Shown here in pieces: positions 12,001 to 17,990 of a DNA stretch of 45,461 nt. A model generated the notes under the pieces. That model ran no database searches. It saw only the letters and a list, made by a program, of their open reading frames with translations, and had not been told where the DNA came from. Every line of letters starts with the position of its first letter. The first letter of the stretch is position 1. Origin of the DNA: an archaeon (GTDB taxonomy: Archaea; Asgardarchaeota; Thorarchaeia; Thorarchaeales; Thorarchaeaceae); assembly GCA_024276825.1 (NCBI GenBank), contig JAJRWI010000018.1, positions 1-45,461 on the forward strand, written 5' to 3'. Position numbers and translations under genes: made by a program.

Positions 12001-12866
12001 AAGTTTGACTTGAAATATAGATCAACTGCCATTGCCGTTTCATATGCAGTTGAACCCACATTTTCGAACTGTGCAATGTCATCAAGAACTGCCTGAGTAA
12101 GTGTCACACCATCAAGACTTGCCCAAGTCTGTTGAATGGAGAGAGGAGCCTGATCACCAGGAAGTGCATTTGCCTTGATAGCATCAAGGTCTTGGTTGAC
12201 GTAGGTCACATCATAGCTGATAAGAACATTATCTGTTGCGGAACCCTCAATGAGTGGCTTGAAGATTGCAGAACCATATTCATCAGTTTCAAGAGTGTAG
12301 TCGACCAATAGAGATGAAGGATAACTCCGAAATGAGCCTTCAATTATCTGGATGTCTGGGAATAATGTGGGCAATTGGATCTCACCTGTAGTTGCCCCAC
12401 CAGTAACGTTCATGTAGACTGTGTATATTGTGTTGCCCTGACTGATTGCTTCGGATCTACTGATTGTGCCCAATGGGGTCTGGGATCCAGTTATGGTCTT
12501 GTGCCAACCAGATCCGTCATAATCGTCGTAACTACTACTCCTCCATAATTGCGGCGGTTCTGCAGGATCAACAATAAACAGAACTGTTTCTAGATTATTG
12601 AGTAGTTCGTCGGGTAAGGGTTGGTCCAGTTGAATGTCGGTATAGTTCACATTATCGAACCAGTTTGCACGACCGCCAGCCCATTGAATATTATATGGCC
12701 AAGGCTCAATAGAACTGTATTCTTCATGTGGAGAATATATTCTGACCATATTTCCCTGAACAAGAACAAAGCTAACTGTTGCCCAAGCTAACGCTGCAAT
12801 GAGGAAAATGGAGCTTAGAATGGTCCAAATACTCATCCGCCGTTTAGTTTTTGCCTGAGCACTCAA
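6081..12866 (-). CDS. Giant (~2260 aa) surface protein: signal/TM, transglutaminase-like domain (degenerate triad), ~16 Ig-like repeats, TM, DUF4129
   Basis: WRSSSYDDYDGSGW; DFATAYCVYMRQLGIPARLVTGY; WVEVY; ~100-aa beta-rich repeats with many NxS/T sequons; C-terminal TM then ETAREF...YEEARFS. Start placed at TTG 12866 (GAGGT upstream, basic N-region) rather than 12998. Confidence 0.88.
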   Translation of the reverse strand: MSAQAKTKRRMSIWTILSSIFLIAALAWATVSFVLVQGNMVRIYSPHEEYSSIEPWPYNIQWAGGRANWFDNVNYTDIQLDQPLPDELLNNLETVLFIVDPAEPPQLWRSSSYDDYDGSGWHKTITGSQTPLGTISRSEAISQGNTIYTVYMNVTGGATTGEIQLPTLFPDIQIIEGSFRSYPSSLLVDYTLETDEYGSAIFKPLIEGSATDNVLISYDVTYVNQDLDAIKANALPGDQAPLSIQQTWASLDGVTLTQAVLDDIAQFENVGSTAYETAMAVDLYFKSNFELIMDTQDRPAEGQEVTDWFLQRGGGLPQDFATAYCVYMRQLGIPARLVTGYALGDSESGQRIIRIRHMMFWVEVYIPLSTGGGEWIQVVPMGLPPSMGGGETPENQNIGNVTLLVGPPTWALVGNQFTLTAAIFVEGLPVVTPENITFFDLTDSTMMGTVAIDPAGTPIPNATITYAFPLNASVGIHIISATWQSPAGTVINYTTVNAVAQANPYNTHTISMDDQIDAVYSDFVLAQTFDVNLANGWDNYTAYWTDNLRIHGTMTVGGQPVNGNDLTNKWVQIMWDDAFIGNATIQSDGTYELVYYLDPMSPLVTTGLHEVWASYAGEYDENGLPVILPGRSSDNSTVDVWGTVGFNLVVNPTDLFAGSSLEYSGTAYLLNGTPLSTGETINFVIGNTIVDTTLTDATGSFNDTYVIPVDTANGTYYVYVNWTSTMDHISSNSSSTIEIIIRSGSTQLSITSDPIAPSIVHLNETMSVSGYLTIQANGSGLAGKIINLYWDNGITTSVLGSNTTDSTGYYVIYFQVPDDYEGDVTYWTEFGPGDPIWQPSLSNNLTITVAKWAVDVTINFDTNPVIRGENVTIYGTILVPENSSVLANVPLTIWWDNSTHIENLTVVWSSGLGTYSFQYQVPINHLVEIVDVWAEFVSPSVLYGDALSPIALLNVTVYDSYIASFSNSTYYHLNETAYIFGQLTREGGIPLTGQIVYLTWDNGTKTPIYQLTTNSSGWFNFYYNFSLANDDPSTITITFSFTSLNKSIDNATDTLVIISQLYQLTLDADVASNTVHLDEVIQFSGTLIFNQGTKPAVGEMITIYYRNATNTYQYIKYTNSTGGFLFLYNLTLNDALGAVYIWAEYLSSDPLWDNAQSLNRTVNLIRYQFDLSLLSNSTLYHLDEVAHFWGFLTYQHNGTPLSGQPVMIHWNNGTEIIYGPYYTNGSGYFEFFYNCSLNDKVGFIDVWATFNNNNVMWDNATSSTLTISIDRYSFLLTLTTDSSTYYIDEVVHVYGQLTYQVNGSPLAGQPIDIIWNDGSQTTYYGYITNSTGYFNFYYNLTPGADMDVMVLIQAQFINTNPLWNNATSSSTSISITLYSATLSIAPSPLTQYLNETIQITGSLIFQHNSSAIRNANITLWWNFGNGTTINIGWVFTNSSGQFSTTYSGMDEFTILTADIFATWSGNVSFYNTTSPSQTVTLKRWATLFSSFQIETGLNYHPTETLLINASLFYSSGPTPYYNAAVNVYFGGSFIGSNTTLQNGQFILRWVIPENTTLGAYDITLEFVSNVNWISGSTTSPLSISITAYTLVWTIIVDPSPTAYLDDRLNISGYVYLDNGTPYAWASVTLMWDHSTDSEGWIDITTIVTDASGWYQFDFAIPDDTPVSSTDIMAYCAPNKSYIQPGYSGIITISIEYVPVNLESDYTAPSPLYRGDTVHIYGNLTFSLNGSAMVGYVVNLVWNAHVVDSVTIDDVVNGYFEFYYSLNESHVLGANDFYVEVDRTLRQDIEYNMTAIITIDVYDAVELTLDPLDDTTVFRGTSIAISGWAGNSYGFGADIPLVLTLDGVDQFTFTTNTDGSFTVTLDIQSDLNLGGHTISIDIDSTSPNATYYDVIGTPDSLDITVMSTTSLEVSFSNRHDIMPGEAFEVIVRLVDDSGTSILPQSITFYFNSTPLYTTIIYDSSPATLNLPSSWSQRGLFYLTASFDSTTTYNGSSGNTGNTVIHVFLDVYLEPITPSVVAPNQSLVIEGNLYDSADTATRIPIANRLIRIDLNGTRTVEVYTDNTGHFVYRGVSTPRREGTFYFQVTLVSDVSDITLNPTHITISQTGGFTMQLTDIIPFIALAGAVVIVLLYLYFVKGMFQGKVSRPSIDFATKLRNIQKLRDAGKYSAAITLAYRTFEQLCGIKVGAERMHSETAREFLERVSKVLPLDMDVVEKFVQIYEEARFSNHEITREKFDLAIKIFTDIYPRVEESTPLVPTT

Positions 12867-13019
12867 TGATTCATACCTCGGAACATAACGTTTTATGGAC
12901 TTTACAATAAATCGTATTGAGCTATTCAATATCAGAATTGATATTTGCATATTAAGACTTTCTTGGATTAGTTGCATCCAATTAATCGACAACTTCAAGA
13001 TTCAGGTGGTTCATTATTG

Positions 13020-13622
13020 ATGTTAAAGGAGATTGATAAATTCATACGAGATGTGTTCAGCAGTAACAGTAAGGGTGCCCATACATATGATCATACCATT
13101 CGGGTATACCATCTTGCAATAGAGATTGGCAAAGAACTTGGCGCTAACCTGAGAGTCCTCTCAGCTGCATCACTACTTCATGATATTGGTCGTGTTCATG
13201 AGAAGGAGAGGAAAATCTCACACTCTATATTATCAGGAGAGATGAGTGAGAGCATATTAGGAAGACTAAGATACTCAGAAGAGGAGATCGAACAGATAAA
13301 GAGTGCAATCAGAACCCATAGATTCAGCGAGGGGCTGCAACCAACATTTCTTGAGGGGGAGATATTGAGTGATGCTGACAAGCTGGATGCAATGGGGGCC
13401 ATTGGAGTCTTTCGAGCAATCGCTCAGGCTGAGAGTACCGGTGTGGGAATACAGGGATTCTTGAAACATGCTGATGAGAAACTGTTGAAATTGCATAGGT
13501 TGATGCATACTGAACCAGCAGCCAGAATGGCATCTAAGAAACATGAGGTGTTGCAGTCATTTGTAGAAGAGCTGCGAGCAGAACTTGCCAAGTTCTCAGA
13601 CCCGGATCTTTTTGAGATATAG
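13020..13622 (+). CDS. HD-domain metal-dependent phosphohydrolase
   Basis: H...HTIRV...LLHDIGR...H...HRFS...DADKLDAMGAIG; ATG 13020 downstream of AGGTGG. Confidence 0.9.
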   Translation: MLKEIDKFIRDVFSSNSKGAHTYDHTIRVYHLAIEIGKELGANLRVLSAASLLHDIGRVHEKERKISHSILSGEMSESILGRLRYSEEEIEQIKSAIRTHRFSEGLQPTFLEGEILSDADKLDAMGAIGVFRAIAQAESTGVGIQGFLKHADEKLLKLHRLMHTEPAARMASKKHEVLQSFVEELRAELAKFSDPDLFEI

Positions 13623-14162
13623 CTCTAGGTATGACTCTCTGATTGATTGTTTTGGTGACAGACCAAGTTTGGTTAGTGTGTCAAAGAGGTTGGACCGTGC
13701 CATATCAATCTCTTCCTCAGTCTGAACAATAGTTTCTATTTCGATAAATGTGCCAATACACTGCACATTGTCAAGGCTGATGGATACATTTACATTTCTA
13801 AAGAGTTCACGCTGTTTCTTGATTGTTGCAACTTCCTTAAATCCCAGATAGGTGAGCAGCATCAGGGTTTTCTCAATATCGTCCAAATGTAAGTTGATTT
13901 CCGCCCTTGTCTTCGTGGTTGTGTCAATCTTAGGGCCCTTATAGGTGATCTCAAACCGTTTCTTATCGTTTGCATCGATTGTTGTTCTCAGTCGCAGTGC
14001 TTCATCCGTTATTGAGAAGTCCCTGCAGGGATGTGATAGATACACATCAATCTGGGTGACCATTTGAACCATTTTGGCACCTGACTCAAGAATGCGCTGT
14101 CTGATTGGATCGAGGTCAGACACATGGACCTTGATCTCAACCTCGATAGAACTCTTGTTCAT
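13596..14162 (-). CDS. cyaB: CYTH-domain protein (class IV adenylate cyclase CyaB-like / triphosphate tunnel enzyme)
   Basis: EVEIK (ExExK), QIDVY, ALRLR, TYKGPK, FIEIE, SYLEL. Confidence 0.9.
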   Translation of the reverse strand: MNKSSIEVEIKVHVSDLDPIRQRILESGAKMVQMVTQIDVYLSHPCRDFSITDEALRLRTTIDANDKKRFEITYKGPKIDTTTKTRAEINLHLDDIEKTLMLLTYLGFKEVATIKKQRELFRNVNVSISLDNVQCIGTFIEIETIVQTEEEIDMARSNLFDTLTKLGLSPKQSIRESYLELYLKKIRV

Positions 14163-14258
14163 AATGCTTGCCCATGCTGTCGGGACAACAATCAGGTTCT
14201 AACTCTTTCGATTGCTACGCCAAAAGTCACATAACCGACATGACATTCAAGATGTTGG

Positions 14259-15515
14259 TTGATGTTCTTGATTCGCATAAGCAAGTATCAGTGTGCAAAA
14301 TGCAAGAAGACCTATGATGATGATTCGGTGCCACCGAATGATGGATGTGGTGGACGAATTGACATCACCTTCAATCTTGATGATATCCGCGAAGTCATCA
14401 CAAGGGATGAACTTGAAAGACGAGAACCAGGTCTATGGAAGTATTTCGAATTGATGCCCCTGAGAAGAAGGGAAAGCATAGTGACTCTTGGAGAAGGAGG
14501 CACGCCACTATTACAGGCATTGAGTCTCGGTAAGAGAATGGGGCTGAAAAGGGTATTTCTCAAACTGGAAACAGGCAATCCATCAGGATCCTTCAAGGAC
14601 AGGCCGATCTGTGTTGGTGTCAGTAGGGCGAATGAGGATGAAGCTGATACCGTTGCCGCTGCCTCATCTGGAAATGCTGCCGCCTCAATGTCAACTTATG
14701 CCGCGCGTGCGGGGATCAGGGCAGTTGTATTCGTTCCAGAGGATGCTCCCGCAGCCAAGTTGATCCATTTGAGAGCATTAGGAGCAAAAGTATTCAGAGT
14801 ACGAAAAGTGCAGGAGGGTGTTGACCCGACAACAACCTTGCTTAAGGCTGCATGCAAAGAGTTCGGATGGACACCATCACCCTCATTTGGGCCATTCAAC
14901 TGCTTTCAATTTGAGGGAACAAAGTCCATGGGGTTTGAGATAGCAGAACAGATGGACTGGAGTGTTCCTGACTGGATTCTCTTTCCAACAGGCAGCGGAG
15001 GTCTTATGGCAGGAACAATGAAGGGCTTCTGGGAGTTCAGGGAGATGGGCTTGATTGATGAGTTGCCAAGACCAGTCGTTGTGCAGCCCACAGGTTGTGC
15101 ACCGATCGTACGGGCATTCAATGAGCAACATGACCCACTGAACATTGTCCCATGGGACTCGAACGAAACCGTTGCAGGAGGTCTTGCGGACCCATTCCCT
15201 TGGGATGGTGACGCAGCTCTGAAATATCTGAAGATGGCAAATGGCAAGGCAATCTCTGTAAGTGATGAGGAGATTGAAAAGTATCTTGTAATACTTGGTA
15301 AGTCAGAAGGAGTGTTTGCTGAGCCGAGCGGAGTGGCGGCAGTCGCAGGACTTGCACAACTGGTCGATGGTGGGGTAATAGACAGAGATGACACTGTTGT
15401 TGTGCCCATAACGGGTTCAGGGTTCAAGGATCTTGGAACAGTGGACAGACTGACTCCAGAAGTCAGAGTGATAAATCCTGACACACAAGTGCTGATGAAA
15501 CATCTGGGGAGCTGA
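14259..15515 (+). CDS. thrC: Threonine synthase (PLP, fold type II)
   Basis: LGEGGTPL, NPSGSFKDR (PLP lysine), ASSGNA, EGTKS, PTGSGG, ITGSGFKD. Exact start uncertain. Confidence 0.9.
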   Translation: MMFLIRISKYQCAKCKKTYDDDSVPPNDGCGGRIDITFNLDDIREVITRDELERREPGLWKYFELMPLRRRESIVTLGEGGTPLLQALSLGKRMGLKRVFLKLETGNPSGSFKDRPICVGVSRANEDEADTVAAASSGNAAASMSTYAARAGIRAVVFVPEDAPAAKLIHLRALGAKVFRVRKVQEGVDPTTTLLKAACKEFGWTPSPSFGPFNCFQFEGTKSMGFEIAEQMDWSVPDWILFPTGSGGLMAGTMKGFWEFREMGLIDELPRPVVVQPTGCAPIVRAFNEQHDPLNIVPWDSNETVAGGLADPFPWDGDAALKYLKMANGKAISVSDEEIEKYLVILGKSEGVFAEPSGVAAVAGLAQLVDGGVIDRDDTVVVPITGSGFKDLGTVDRLTPEVRVINPDTQVLMKHLGS

Positions 15516-15523
15516 GATACAGA

Positions 15524-16495
15524 GTGTCAAGGAAAGAGATGAGAGAGAAGGCAAAGGCGATTGCAAAAAAGCATGGATATCTTCCATATATGATAGAGAG
15601 GTATCTCTCACTCTGGGGCGAGGAGGAAACCCTGCAGTTCATTGATGCCTGTGAAAGGCCAATAAGGACAGCAATCAGGGTCAATACGTTAAGGACATCA
15701 ATAGACGAAACAATTGCAAGGCTTGATAAAAAAGGGGTCAATCTTGAAAGGGTCCCATGGCTCGAGGAGGGGTTCTATGCTGAGTTTGCAAATGTGTCGT
15801 CTGGCGCTCTTTTTGAACACCTGCTAGGGTTCTATTATGTCCAAGGCATTCCATCGATGAGTGTGGTGAGGACCCTAGACCCGAAACCAGGAGAGATTGT
15901 ATTCGACCTTGCTGCTGCCCCTGGTGGAAAGACCACTCATATCGCCCAGTTGATGAATAATGAGGGGATGCTGATAGCGATAGAGCAAGACAAGAAGAGA
16001 GTTTCAACGTTGGTGGGTAATATTCATAGATGTGGTGTAACAAACACTTTGGTGCTTAGAGGGGATGCAAAAAAGATTAGCACACTTGAGATTGTTCCCG
16101 ATAGAATACTTCTTGATGCTCCGTGTTCAGGAGAGGGACTGATACCAATTGACCCAACAAGAAAGACCAGTAAGACGATGGCAGACATTCGTTATTGTGC
16201 GACAAAACAGGATGAGTTGTTAGAGGCAGCTATTTCAAGTCTGCGTCCTGGGGGAACAATTGTCTATTCTACATGTTCAATCGCTCCCGAAGAGAATGAG
16301 ATTGTCATTGATGATCTGTTATCCAAGCATCCAGAGGTGAAAATTGTGCCAATCGGGCTGGAGTTTGGAGTACCAGCATATACCAAGCCTTATGGACTAA
16401 TGCTTGATGAGTCTATTGCACTTGCAAGAAGATTCCTTCCTCATATTCATGGCCTAGAAGGATTCTTCATCTGTAAGATGGTCAAGGAGGAATGA
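15524..16495 (+). CDS. NOL1/NOP2/Sun family RNA m5C methyltransferase
   Basis: RVNTLR, DLAAAPGGKTT, LLDAPCSGEG, YSTCS, EENE, EGFF. Confidence 0.95.
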   Translation: MSRKEMREKAKAIAKKHGYLPYMIERYLSLWGEEETLQFIDACERPIRTAIRVNTLRTSIDETIARLDKKGVNLERVPWLEEGFYAEFANVSSGALFEHLLGFYYVQGIPSMSVVRTLDPKPGEIVFDLAAAPGGKTTHIAQLMNNEGMLIAIEQDKKRVSTLVGNIHRCGVTNTLVLRGDAKKISTLEIVPDRILLDAPCSGEGLIPIDPTRKTSKTMADIRYCATKQDELLEAAISSLRPGGTIVYSTCSIAPEENEIVIDDLLSKHPEVKIVPIGLEFGVPAYTKPYGLMLDESIALARRFLPHIHGLEGFFICKMVKEE

Positions 16496-16498
16496 GAG

Positions 16499-17038
16499 AT
16501 GCCAGTAGAACTCGTGGACCCAGTGGAATGGTCGAAGATAAGAGAAACCATAGACGATGAGTTTGGTCCTGGGACCACTCAGGGCTTGCGGGGAAATCTT
16601 GCACCTGTGGTCATCAGATCAGAACAGTCCAACTCATACTATCTCATCCCAATGGTGTGGATGAAACAACTGGAGATCCAACTACAAGACTTTGAGGTCA
16701 GGTCAATTGGGATATGGCTTGGTGATAGGGTCAAGGAACAGTTCCGGGTGGGATTGCCTGTCATCGAAAAGTTAGGTAGATTGACCAGAAACAGGATTAT
16801 TGTATCAAGAAGAGGTGCAGAGTCATTCACCTATGGCCGAAGTATTCTCAAAGAGTCGCTTGTAAAGATCCCAAATGGTCTCAGACGCGGCCAAAAGGTC
16901 GTGGTCTATAATGAAGAGGGTGACTGCTTGGGTCTTGCATCTCTTACTGTGGACTATGACAGAGTTGATAGACTACAACCCGACCGCCTTGTGGCAAAGA
17001 ACCTCACAGACATTGGGCTATACATCAGGTACTATTAA
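16499..17038 (+). CDS. nip7: NIP7-like PUA-domain ribosome biogenesis protein
   Basis: AESFTYGRSI...VVVYNEEGDCLG...DIGLYIR; 3 nt downstream of the Nop2 homolog. Confidence 0.8.
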   Translation: MPVELVDPVEWSKIRETIDDEFGPGTTQGLRGNLAPVVIRSEQSNSYYLIPMVWMKQLEIQLQDFEVRSIGIWLGDRVKEQFRVGLPVIEKLGRLTRNRIIVSRRGAESFTYGRSILKESLVKIPNGLRRGQKVVVYNEEGDCLGLASLTVDYDRVDRLQPDRLVAKNLTDIGLYIRYY

Positions 17039-17043
17039 TGAAC

Positions 17044-17805
17044 CTAGAGATACATCGAGGTCGGGTCATCTCGGGTCTCAATGCTCTTTCGCACTTTCTC
17101 AAGGCGCTCAATCTCACGACTCTCTTCCAGCAGTTGTTCGACATTTGCTTTGACACCATAGACCTCATTGATCTTTTCAAGCATTATAGCTGCAGCACGG
17201 GGGTCTGGACGTCCGCGCTTGGCATATGCCAGAAGACCCACGCCTGGTGCACCACGCATTTCCAACTCTGCCAAGAAGAGAGCAAGCGGACCTGCAACGA
17301 AAAGGCCCTCCTCAAGGATTGGGGCTGACCATTTGTTAATCTCTGGAAGGTATGCGCTTGTGGGAACACAACGAATATTGTCGTTCTCCATTGACTCTTC
17401 ATCCTTGAAACTGATGTCAAGCCCGCCCATCAAGAGTGCTTCCTTGAACTTGTTTTCGACAACCCAGTCTGCAAGCCTGTCAACAAAGGCCCACTGGTCT
17501 GACTGGTGGGGTTGAAATCTGGGTACAAGGAATATCATCTTCTTCGGCTCATAGGAGAATATCTCAAAGGGTAAAACAAGTCGTTCATTCTCCATGGACA
17601 CAAACAATGGTAGCATGTCAGTCTTGACATAGCCCACTAGATCTGCGTTAAGGGTCTTTGTGAGATGTGCAGTACTGAGGAATCCAACCTCTCCAAGACC
17701 ATGAAAACCACAGATAAAGGTGGAACCTGGTTTGACTTTAAAGCCGTCTTTCAAAATGATTCTGAAAGTTGATTCTCTTGTTGATACAAAGGCCATATTC
17801 TTCAA
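17044..17805 (-). CDS. PAC2 family proteasome assembly chaperone
   Basis: GFHGLGEVGFL, LMGG, GPLALFL, PDPRAA. Confidence 0.88.
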   Translation of the reverse strand: MKNMAFVSTRESTFRIILKDGFKVKPGSTFICGFHGLGEVGFLSTAHLTKTLNADLVGYVKTDMLPLFVSMENERLVLPFEIFSYEPKKMIFLVPRFQPHQSDQWAFVDRLADWVVENKFKEALLMGGLDISFKDEESMENDNIRCVPTSAYLPEINKWSAPILEEGLFVAGPLALFLAELEMRGAPGVGLLAYAKRGRPDPRAAAIMLEKINEVYGVKANVEQLLEESREIERLEKVRKSIETRDDPTSMYL

Positions 17806-17990
17806 TCCTCAGATGGAGAATGTAATGTGTTTCTGCTCCAAAAGACCAGAGGCCTGTGGAGCTTATAGTAGTTTGTCATATGGGACAATTGCCTCAATAT
17901 CACAGGCTTACTTTAATGATAACAAATGCTAATAGTGAACGAATTATTCTATTAATATTGAATGCGCATTCCATATGGGGTAAGAGAAGA

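Noticed and set aside
12867-13019. N-terminal extensions of the giant protein (to 12998) and the HD protein (from 12972)
   Set aside because: They would overlap head-to-head across AT-rich promoter DNA; better RBS-supported starts lie at 12866 and 13020.
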